Origin: Veleropilina oligotropha
Lineage: Eukaryota
Assembly (NCBI GenBank): GCA_048128005.1
Contig: JBEUKZ010000019.1
Coordinates: forward strand, 186,001 to 250,000
Direction of reading: 5' to 3'
DNA length: 64,000 nt
Below the pieces are notes generated by a model. That model worked only from the letters and a program-made list of their open reading frames with translations. It made no database searches and had not been told where the DNA came from. Of this stretch, positions 35,001-47,000 are shown one piece after another. Positions within the stretch are counted from its first letter, which is position 1. Each line of letters starts with the position of its first letter. The position numbers and the translations under genes are program-made.

Positions 35001-38000
35001 TACATCGTGCCAACCCACGGGGCCTTGACGACGAAGGCGAGGGTCAGCCTGTCCGAATTCAGGCCAAGCGTACTTATGGAACATGCTTTGGGGCCCCCGG
35101 CGGGCTGGACCGGCGTCATGTGAATCATTAGGAGGGCTGGGTTCAACCCAAACCGGCCTCCATTATTGGGAAGAAGGAACTCCCTCTTCGCCAGTCCCTT
35201 CTTCTTGGGTGCTTCTCCACAATTAAGAACAAAGTGCCACCGGGTCGGGGAAGAGGGCTCATCTGCCCGCAGGGTCCCATAGATGCTGCTGCTCATTGTA
35301 TCGCAAGGACTGCGGTAATGGGCATGCCGTGATTGTCTAGCAGGTTACTGTCTGCGTCTGTGACGTACACCTTCAACTCTGTGATTAGCCCGGCCTGTAG
35401 TCGCCGGCCGGCGGGATAGCTATGATAGTGGCCAGCTTCACCGAACATCTGCGACGTGATAGGGACCACCGCGAGAATAGTGCTCGGGGCGCCGTCCTTC
35501 ACATTGTGCGTTGTACTAAGCTGCTCCAGGTGGACGTGCAGGGTTGGCGCTATGGCAAACCCGACAGGCTTATTCCCGTCATAAGTCCCAGGGCGTAGCC
35601 ACTCGGATCTCTCCGGAGGGGGAGGTGGTTGGCCCTGTACTCCCCGAACCGGTTGGTTCAGATTCCCTGCTTTATCGAGAATAAACGAAGAGAGGTCTAA
35701 GCCGAGGAGTTTTCGTATATCGTCGCTTATCGCGAGTCGAGTCCCCTCTGGGACCACGATTCGGGCGAGCCCTGTAGCATGGCTTACATCTAGTTGTAGG
35801 TTAACTAGCGACCTCTTCATCGTCTTGGCGAGGTCATCGAAGCTGTAGAAACCTGGTGCCACGTCGACCGTGGTATCGGGGGTCTTAAAGAAGGCTCCGG
35901 CATGCACGTTGTGCCAGCCTACCCAATAGTCGAGCGACTGCAAGCTGACACATAGCTTGCCGTCCCGGTTATCAATCGGCTCCAGGAGGGCAACCGCGGT
36001 CCCCTCTTGAACGTTTGTTAATGTGTGGAACATAGTAGCTATGGCTAAGAGCGCATTTGTGTTCAATAGGAGTGCGGCCTATCCGACCGGTGTGGTGTAC
36101 CCAGCAAAGATCAAAGATGAGCAGCTTACGAGACCAAGCATCAATGTGGGTAATAGCTCAACCACTGCATTCGGGGCAGACTACCCCGACGTATTTCAAA
36201 AGTATCGCCTCCCTCACGTCGCTAGTGACGGGCTGATAAGGGCTTGGCACAGCACACCGATGCAGTTCTGGCAGAACAAGGTCAACTTCGCAGTATGGTG
36301 TGCCACAACAGGTTCCGGGATCTCCTCAGAAGACCACTTGAATGCTACTGCAGCCCCCCTCTCCACTGCTGTATTCACCTTCCACGTCTACTATCAGGTC
36401 AGAAGGATCTTGACCGAGATTCAGGCGCCGCTGCCACAAGACCGGACGTGGGATGCATTCGACACCCCGTATGACCGAAGGGCATATGAAAAGATCTGCA
36501 GCGAATTCGGAGCGTCCCCACATACCGACTGGCGTGTCAAGGGTCCCAACGGCGGACTAGGCACCGCTTACAGCTACTGGACGAACAACGGCTACCACCC
36601 CATCGGACGTGAGTATGATCCAAGCCGAATGTCCTTCACCAAAGGTACGACCAACACGAATCTGCACGTGGACTACATCGCGCAAGCGCCTGCGCTTAAA
36701 AACGGTTGGGCTACTTTTATTCTGGACAGGTCGGTGGGATTCACGAGGGCCGGCGTGGAAAGGCTCAATGATTCCATCAGGACCTACGTCTGGGCTATTC
36801 TTGGAGCGCAGGCTCAAACGCGTGCAAGTATTCTGGGTAGTGGGACGGCATTTGACGCACAGAAACAGTTCCTGGCGAACGTGGAAGACGCCATCGCATC
36901 CCCCGTTGACCTCCCTGCTGCGATCCAACGGTACCAGGACGTTTTGCAGTATGCCAGGTCTAAAGTAGACTTCGTATTCGGCGTCGGCCTTTACATGGCG
37001 CCAAGTGACATGCTCCTTCGGATCGGGCAGGTGGCTGGTTATAACAATGAGATCGTCGTTGCCACGGAAGCCCAGACCCTAGGTCTTAATACTACGGTGA
37101 ACGTGGCCAATCCTGTGCCGCACAACGCCACTGGGGAGACTGGAGAAACAGGATTGGTCATCCCACAAGACGCCGTCTTACCCGCAGATGCGGTCACTCC
37201 GAAGCATCGTGGCTCTCTGCCGGCTGTGGCCCCAGTGGCAGCTGTTTCAGCTGGGGCAACCAAACATGACGAGGATAAAACCGCACTTATCGTGGGCGGC
37301 ATTGTCGTTGGCCTAGCATTCATTTGGCTTACGTGACCCACTGTCTAGCGGCAATAAGAAGCAAGCCCCCGACTGATATGACCAGTGCCCATAGGTTTTC
37401 AGCGAGCCACGATGCTGTCTTGCCAATCAGGTTGATTAGCCAGGAGACCAGGCTTCCAAGTATTCCTGGGAGCGCGGCTGCGGCCTTCCCTGCTAGTTTG
37501 CCTAGAATCCTTCCCAGGTTCTGCAGCTGCTTTTTGACCCACTCCTTGACCCCGCCCTGACCACTGGGAGGTGGTGGTGTTGGTGGTATGCTCGGCGCTC
37601 CGCCTGTCAGGGCTAGTACCAACGTCGAGATGGCCAACCCAATAGCAGTCAGTATTGTTGCGATCGTAACCCCTTGCTCGCGGAACAGGGTCCGGATACG
37701 CTCGGCCAGCGTTGTGTCGGTGTTCAGGATCCGACTTATCATCTCTCGGATCCGGCTGATTTGAGAGCGAAGGGCCTCCCGGCTTGATGATGCTGCCTCT
37801 AGGCGAGCTGCTCTTTCATCATTCAGGTCGCGCAGACGTTCCGCGATCCGTCGACGGATGAACTCATCCACACCGCCCTCTTCATCTGCCTGATCGAGCT
37901 TCATCTTCTCCAGCTCTATGTGTTCGTCCAGCGCCGTTAGTTTGGCTAGATTGTTGGTTAGTTCGCCTCGGATGGTCTGCATCGCCTTGTCAAGTCCGCG

Positions 38001-41000
38001 AAGCTCGCGAAGATTTAATGGAGGGTCCCCCATTGTGCCTAAGATCTCTTCAACCTCGGTATCAGTGAATTTCGTCTCCATCGTGTGGATTGCTACCGAG
38101 GCATCAGTAGCAGTCTGCCCCAAGTCCCGCAGTTCTACGTTTTCGACATTAGCGGCCGCACCGCTCAACTCGTTGTCGGCTGTCTGAAGAGCTGCAACCG
38201 CTTTTGAGGACGGCTTTTGTCCCCCCCGCGTCCAGTGTACAAAACCCAACCCTTCACGGATTGCATCACCCCCACCAGGCCGGCCAGCTATTGTTGACAA
38301 CGCCAAGGGGTTGCCGGTGCGAGAATTTATGAGATTGATGTCGGGGTAGTCCGTCATCACCAATTTTCCCCCCCTCCCTAATTTTCCCCTCACATACTTG
38401 AATTTTGAATAATCTCGCCCCATGGCTGGGGTCTGCCCCTCCTGTGCCAGGGCTTTGTAGTAGTCGTCAACCACGCCCTGAACGAGCTCTTGCTGAAGAC
38501 TGCTGGTTCCTTCCTGTGGCCGTTCCGAAAGAACAGGCATAAACCGGTCGGTGGATAGATCCACATCAGTATCGTCGATGATGGTATCATCGTTGTCGAT
38601 GAGATCGTCCGGCTCGAATGCGGGGTTCTCGAATTCCGCCATTTGAATACATCAGTGGGATACGCATCTAATTCAGCCATGACTAGCGTATACGGACGCA
38701 AGCTTAATCCATACCGCAGGCTGCGTGAGCCCCTCGCAGTCAAGGGCATCCGCCAGTCGGTCACGATTACAAACAATCCATCAACGATTGCCCCGAACCA
38801 GCAGCTCCTGGTTCGGTTCCCTAATCTCGGGGCGAATGACGTGATCGTTCCAGGGACTGCCCACCTTGCATTTACCATCTCACTGACCTCGGTAAATGCG
38901 AATAGGACTGTAGTGCAAAATATCGGCCGTGCCGTGATCAGAAAGACCACGATAAAGATAAGTGGAAACGAGATCATGTCGATTGACGACTCCGACGTGT
39001 ACCACTGCTACTGCGATCTCTGGAAGACCACCGGGGAGCGCAAGAACGCCCAGTACCAGGGGATTGATACCAGCGATGGGCACAACACTACGAAGCATCG
39101 TGTTGGTGCGGCAGACGCCTTTAGACTGTCTGAGGATGTCGCGGTCGCGGCCGCGTACGGTAACCGATTCCGCATCCCGCTGGATTTCGAGCTGTTGGAA
39201 AGTCACATGCCATTCTATCAAAGCGCCCTTGGAGACCGTCTCGAGTATGAGCTAACGTTCAACGACTACTCCCGGACTATCCGGGAGACGGACGACTCCG
39301 GTTCCAGCTATTCCATCGACAATATATCCCTCGAATATGACATGGTAACCCAATCCGAGCTTGCCAGACGGATTCGAAATCAATACCAGGGTCAACTCGT
39401 AATCCTGTACGACCGTGTTCTCCGGCATCGGAAGCTCACCCTAGACAAGAGCGACTCGTTGTGGAATATGAATGTGAACGTACCGGCGAGGTCGATGAAA
39501 GGAATACTACTGTTGTTCGAGGACCCTGCGAGAGACGCCGCGCCATTCTCTCGCGATACTGAGGCCTTCTATAATCCGAAGATCACAAAGGTCGAGGTCA
39601 CAATCGAGGGTGTCCCGAATCAAATCTACAGCCAGGGCATGCGAACATACCAGATCTGGGAAGAAGCCAAGAAAATGTTCGCCTCCGGCTGCAGCAAGCG
39701 GCATCCTGAGGTCGCGATGGTCGCAAAGGACTTGGAGATGGCAGACGTCACCCTGGGCGAATTTCTGACTAAGAAATTTGCGCTCTGGATCGATATGCGG
39801 GTAACTGACGACGATCAGTTGCACGGGTCAGGCCGGAGGGTCGAGAACGCCAGCGAAGGCATTACTATTCAGATCACTAAAACAGCCGAAGCGGCCGGTC
39901 CACTGAACGTCTACGAGTTCGTGATCATGGACGCACAGCTGAATATCGAGAATGGCCGATTCGTCGAAGCACTGTACTAAACGATTTCCGCACACCAAGG
40001 ACCCCCACTCCGCAATCATCTGCGGCCAGACGGGCTGTGGGAAGACGGTTTTCATGCTTGAACTGCTGGAAGGGGAGTATCGAGGCGTCTTCCGGCATAT
40101 CGTGGTCCTCTGCCCCACGATCAAGTACAACAAAGCATACCAGTCTTGTCCGTGGATCTGGACCGACCCTGAGGTGTATTTAGTCCCCCCGGGTGAGCGA
40201 CTCCATGACTGGCTGCGGGGGTTCTACCGACTGTTTCAGGGGGAATCAACTTTATATATCATCGACGACTGCGCCGCGAGCAAGGCTATGGCAAAGAGGA
40301 GGGACATGCTGACTTTGTTGGCCTTCAGCGGCAGGCATGCTTCCCAGAGCGTATGGGTAGTGACGCAAAAGTACAACTCGGTCTTGAAGGAGCTCAGAGA
40401 GCAGACCCGCTGGGTCGCGCTGTTCCATTGCAAGGACCGCGACAGTTTCGAGGACTGTCTGCGCGAGAACGATGTAATCCCGTCGCAGGATGAACGGACC
40501 GAGGTTCGCCGGCTGTTGGCCGAGACACGACACGCTAAGCTTCTGTTGAAAACTGATCAGCCCGTTGCTTATAGTGTGCTATAGCTACCCAGCAGATGCT
40601 AAGTAGCTGCCCAGCAAGCTCTCGCATGTCGGACGCTGTATATCTAGCTTTTGCTTTCAGCCAGAGCCTGATCTTGCTCCTACTCGCTACATTGTGGTAT
40701 TGGATTTACAGTTATATTAGACCGGTGAGGCGATGCTGGAAACGCTTCAGGATGGACAGCCTCATCGATCAACTCATGGATGACGAACAAGAAACGACCA
40801 TCAACAGCTGTCGCTTGACTCCCGATGGCAAGGAACCTGTCAGTAACAGTGGAGTCGCAAGTTCCGTTTGCGCGGCAAAGCGTGAGAGGCTTGCAGCCTT
40901 AGCCGTTGGAGGACAGGCCCACCGATACATGGGGCGTAACCTCACAGTGGACCGGATAGACGACATGACTGACGACGAGGTCGAAAAGCACCACGCGAGG

Positions 41001-44000
41001 TATGAAGCGAAACTCGGTGCCGATGTGACGAAGACTCTGGGGACTTCAGCTATTCATCTCTACGCGGGGGCAGCTGGGATGTTCCTGCCCATTCCACCAG
41101 CAAACCAGCTACGACTGATCGCCGACCTGGAGGCCGACCCGTTCATCTCACATGCCCTGACCACTGCAAGCTGTGAGCTGTATTATAAATATGGCATGTA
41201 CCTCGCACCGCTGACCGCAGCGTTGACCACGGCTAAGCACTGCCAATTTGGACATGTTTGCCCGCCTAAGATACCAGATCAAGATGACAACGCCGGAAGT
41301 GGACCAAGTGATCGAGAGACAGCCGATCGAGAGCCAGCCGATAGAGAGGGTGACTTCTTCGACGGACTCATCAGTGAGTAAAAAGGACCCGAAAAAAGTG
41401 GCTGCAGGGAGGGCCGGCGCTGCTGCTCGAAAAGCCAAGCAGGAGAAGCTACTGGCCGCGGTTCGACAAATGAAAGAAGACCTGAGTGCCCCAACAAGTG
41501 TTGTCGTTCCATCAGAACAGCCCGGGGAGGCGGTTCCAGCCGCAGAAAGACCGCGTGCGCCAGATACACGGAAATCGGACCTATTTAATTGGACCCAGGT
41601 AGCCGTCGCTGCCGGTACGGTTGCGTTGGTATTTGTTGTCTGGAAGACGTCCTCAGAACGCAGCAACCCTGGTCCATCCACACCACATCAACAGCCACCA
41701 GACGCGGACGCTCGGTGCTCTCGGGCCGCCCCCACTATCGAATTGAAGAAGCAGAACCCTTTTCATATGCAATAGTCGCAAACGGTACTAATCAACAGTT
41801 ATGACTACCCCAATCACTGATGGAAAGATGCTCGGCAACGCTGTATACCATGCCGCTATAGTGTCAGGCCTCGCCATAGGCTACGCACGCCTGACAAAGA
41901 TGGTATTCAAGGGAGCGAGCCCCAAACTGGACTTCACGGGCTACGATGTCGGGATGGTCGTCCTCGACGTAGCGCTCGCCATGGCGACGAAAGACATGCT
42001 GATCAAGCAAGGCATCATTCCGGCCGATATATTGAAGTAGTGGGACCTTGCTAGATAATCGCAGCATTTCAATGGCTTCCATTGCGATGCTGGTTGGGGG
42101 CGCTCTCGTCAACGCCCTCGCCTTCAGCGGCTCCAACTTCCTCTTCTCGAAGCTACGCAGCTCCGGTGTCGATGCGGAGCGTAAACGCCACGACATTGCT
42201 GTAGAACAGCTCAACGCTGCTCAGACTAAATGGTCACAACAGAGGGCAGAGCGTCTCGACTGGCTGAACGTTGAACTTCGCCGCCAGGGTCATGCCGTTG
42301 GCACATTCCGGGATGTTGACGCCGCGATCCGTGAGTATGCATTGATCACCGGCAAGAACCTTGACCCCGGCCTGGGGGGTGGCCCTGAGCCCGCCCTGTC
42401 TGACTACTACACACCGAGCGATGGCCAGAAGGGACGTGAGATCACCTTCATCATCCTGGGGATGGCTGCGACCGGGTTGGTCGCCTACAAGCTCGCCTAA
42501 TTATTTCCAGTGGACATTTTTTTCGTTGGCATGTATAGTAATGGGGCTCCCAGAAGAGCTGTACTGCGCTATGCTTGCGGTCGGCTATAGTACTACGTTA
42601 CTCGACTGCTGGCGCCGCGACGAAAAGACTATGGTGCGGTTCGCGGTCCTGGTGCTCTCGGGCCCGACCAACCTACGGGCGACGACTGCGCAGCGACCGG
42701 CTCCGGAAGCTGAAGCCTGTTGGAGACTGATCAGTTTACTGGAATACATTGCTGATGGATAGTAAGCTTGCGAGGATGTACTACAGCCCTAAGGGCTACT
42801 GGAAAGGCATTGCCGCGATAAAGAAACTAGCTGACGCTGCCAAGGCGTCTGAAGTGGAGGCCCGGACATGGCTTAAGAGGCAGGCTCTATGGCAGATCTA
42901 TTTACCTGCGCCACGGCGGATTCCAAGACCAAAATTCGACGTCGTAACGCCAAACGAGGTTCACCAAGCCGACCTCCTGTTTCTCCCCCATGACAAGGTC
43001 AGACACAAGACCTATAAGTACGCTTTGACTGTGGTTGATGTGGCCAGTCGCTTTAAAGAGGCTGAGCCTCTGGTCACAAAAGAGGCCAAAGGGGTTGCTG
43101 AAGCACTAGCCCGAATCTACAGGCGGAGTCCTCTTGGCTGGCCGAAACTGCTTCAAGTCGATCCAGGGCGAGAGTTTATGGGCGCGGTTTCCCAGCTGCT
43201 GGCAAAGAATAACGTCGAGGTTAGGCGTGGCCGTGTGGATATCCATCGCGATCAGGGCATTGTGGAGCGCTTCAACCGGACGCTCGCTGAGCGGCTCTTC
43301 GGGCACCAGTATGCAACAGAGATGCGGTTTGCAGAGTCTGCGAAAGAGGGTCAAAGGTCAACTGAGTGGGTCGCCCGGTTAGCAGCTGTAGTTGCGGCCT
43401 TGAATGGGGAAGTGACCAGGCTGACCGGTAAAAAGCCCAAGGACGCCATCAAGGCACCTCGCGTTGCCCAAAAGCCAGGCGCCACTGTTCCAGGCCGACA
43501 GGGGAAGGAACAGAAACTCCCCTCTGACGTAGATGTTCGCTACCTTTACTACGATGGTGAGCTGGAGGGGGGTCATCGCCGTGCTACTGACCCGGTGTGG
43601 TCTCTAAAAGTTTACAGGCTTGGACGCTCCGTCACTAAGCCTGACGAGCCTGTGCTCTACTACTTGCTGGATGGACCACCGCGTGGCTTCGTTCGTGAGG
43701 AACTTCTCGTGGTGCCTCGTGATACCCAGCTGCCGCCGGTTCTCAGGCGTTAACAACCGCAAATCCTCGTTTCCGGTTACATTCCAGACACGTTAAGCGC
43801 ACGTTGTCGCGGGTGTGGCCCCTGCTGTTGTCCACACGGTCGACACTGAACTGCTGTGTGTCCTTCGGGGAATATGCCCAGAGCAGCTCTATGTTGCATG
43901 CTGCGCAGCGGTTGTTTTGGGCCTCTCTGAGCCGCAGGATGTCGTCGACCTTGAGGTTAAACCCCGGGAGTCCCGTTGCCTGGTCCTGGCGTTTGTACGC

Positions 44001-47000
44001 CACAAGCTTTTTCTGGATGGTCTTTCGGAGCTGTTGCTCGGTTTGGGGCGCTTGGGGGGGCCTGTCCTCAGAACCCTCATCCGGTGGACAGGTTACCCGT
44101 TCGAGCTGACGCAGCAGCTCCACCCGGGACACGGCTAGGTAGGCGAGATTACTCCACTGAAGGTAGTCGTCGATGATCCAGACTTTCTGTGGGTCGTGAA
44201 TCGTAAGACCCTGGCTCGAATGGATGGTGAGAGCATAGCCCAGGCGCCAATCCGGGGTCAGGATAGCCCGCTCAGCGGCCTCAATGGTGACCTCGACGAC
44301 GTCGTTCAGAACTAGCTCCTCTCTGTCGCTGGTGCCCGGAATGGTTACCATGATGTTCTGTTTTCTGCTGTCCCTGGGGTGGTACAGGATAGGCACCATG
44401 GAGTCTGGGAAGTGCTCCTTGTGCCTCTGGAGCAACAGCTCTTGAGCCCGTTCGCGGACCTTCTGACGGCTTGTGAGGATTAGGTCGCCTGGCTTCCAGG
44501 TGTTGACGAACCGGTCCCATCCGAGGCAGCTGGGGAGGGTCCGTCGCATCTCGTCGCACTGGACTTTGTCGGGCTGGAGACGGATACGTCTTTTCAGGGC
44601 TTGGAGGGCAGGGTCGTCTTTCGCCCTGTAGTCTACTTCGATCTCTTCATAGTAGTCCGCGGTCTTTCGCAGCCAATCGTGCGGCATCTCGCCCGTAATC
44701 GGTGGTGGCTGGCCTTGATCACCACAGCAGATAACCTGCACTTCGTGGCGGCCCAGCCAGTCCAAGAACATCTCTAGGATGTGCCGGGGAACAGTACAGA
44801 CCTCGTCCCAGATAATGACGCGCGGGATGAACTTCTGACCCATGCGATCAGGCGTCCAGTCGTTCTGGCCGCTCCATCGGAAGAAGCTGTGGTAGGTCTG
44901 GGCTTTGACGCCTCTGGTCCGCATCTCTTTAGCGAGGCGGTGGGTTGGTGTGAACACGACGGGATTCCTTGCCCGAAAGAGCTCGATCGCTCTCGTAGTC
45001 TTGCCACAGCCCCCTCCACCGTTGAGGTAACTCAGGCGATGGTGGGTCAGTGTGTCATTGTAGCATGGCGCGGTGCTCGGCTGGCTGGAATTGGTGGCAC
45101 AACAATACTCTGGCTTGGGTAGGTATGCGGCATGTTCCTGTGGCATATACAGCTGTTCGCCCTTGTCACGCCACTGGGCTGGTGCTACTGGCGGAAGGTA
45201 CGGCTCCGCGATCAGACATGAGATGCACGATTTCTCGCCACAGCCGCAGAGTCTGGGGGCAACGTACACCGTGACATCGTCGAGCTTCTCCAACGAGGCC
45301 TTCTTGAGGTAGATGCTGTCGGTGGCTACCCGGACGGCTTCTGCTGCACTGAAACGCTTCAGCATGCTCAAGAGGTTTATGTGTGCATAGGCCAACATGG
45401 ATGCCCTCAGGTGGGCGTACTGAGGCTGGGAGCCATCATAGTACGTGAGGATGTGACCGAGGGGGCATCTCTGAGGAGCGCCAACCAGGGTGCCGCTTTG
45501 GCGGGTGTCTCTTACGAGGAAGTCGAGCTCACCCTGGTCGGTCACCAGTCTACGAGTCAATCTTTTGCCATCGGCTTTGGCGCCTTGGGTGAATTTGCCG
45601 ATAATGCTGCAGCCCTGGTCACGATTCTCCGGAAGCCAGACATCGGTCTGGTTTTTTAACGCGATAATGGATTCTCGGATCTTGAGGCTTTTTAGGAGTC
45701 CAGATTCTACGAGGAATGCGAGCAGCGGGGTTGGTGCCCATCCATTCTCTGCAAAGTGCTTTCCGAACCATGCTACAATGACGGGGTGGATGTCTTGTGC
45801 GAACTCCCATTCCACGACCTCAGCAAACCCGGTCCCGATATCTTGGGGTAGAGGACCGTTAATTGCGACCCGGGTCATGCTGTGGAGTGGGTGTCCGAAT
45901 CTTTCGAAATAGGGCTTAGCCTCGCCCTTCCCCAGAAAGCTTGCAGGGTAGCAGGATTTCATATCGATGCAGCAGACATCGCCCGTGTCGTAATTCATGG
46001 AATTCCACAGGCCGCCGTGGCCATGCTCTACACAGGCCTTCTGGATGTCATCGAGCAGGCCCGCTGGGGTCGGTTTCCAGCCGTTGGTCTCTTTGGCCAT
46101 AATGCTAGCTGCATGGTTCACGCCAAAGGCTCGATCGGCTAGGGACTCATTCCCCAGCGCTGTACAGGCTTCTTGGAGTCTCTCGTGATCATCTTTTGTC
46201 CTGTACGTGCGGCCGTCCTGAAGCACGAACTGGTTCACGTTGAGCTGTCGGTCTGTACCGCCTAGGAGCCAGACAGCCAATGGCTCGTTCTGTGTGGCTT
46301 GTCGAATAGCTTCCCAGACATCGCCCTCATACAGGTGGACCTCGCGAGACTGCGGAAAGTGTAGGTCCTTCGACCATGCGTGGCCGTTGTGACAGATGAG
46401 TTCTATGGACTTCCACATACTGGCCTGGTATTTTCCGCTGTTGAAGACGTCCTCGCCGGCGATGTCTCTCAAGACAATCGCCCGCTTCAGTATCTTCTCG
46501 AGGATGGATATATCATCCACAGTGGCGCCTGTTACATGGACTCGCTCTTCCCACTCCAGTATTTTCTGCCGCCTTGTCGGGGTGAGTCCGTGTCCTCTAA
46601 GGGCACCTTCGAAGTGCTCAACCACTCGTTGGGCAACGCAGTTGAGGTCGCCGTTCTTCATCGGAACCAGGTTGGCGGGGTTTGGTTCTCTGAGAGGATA
46701 GACGCCGTAGACGACTGCAGTGACCGGGTAGGCATTCTCGTAGTAGACCTTGTCGACCCCGGTGATAGCACCCGGCTTAGTGTCCTGAGAGATCTCAAAG
46801 ACACCCTGGCCCTTCTTTCTCGCAGCTTTCACCGGGTCAAACTTGTCTTCGACCACCCAGTCGCCCTCACTCCACTCACGCAAGAACTTTATTCTAAGGA
46901 CATACTCGCCCTTTGGAAGGGCTGTGAGGAGCTGTGCCGCCCTTGCATCTGTCATACGGGCATCCAGGGCCGGTGCGATCTTAATGTCCACTTCTACCCT

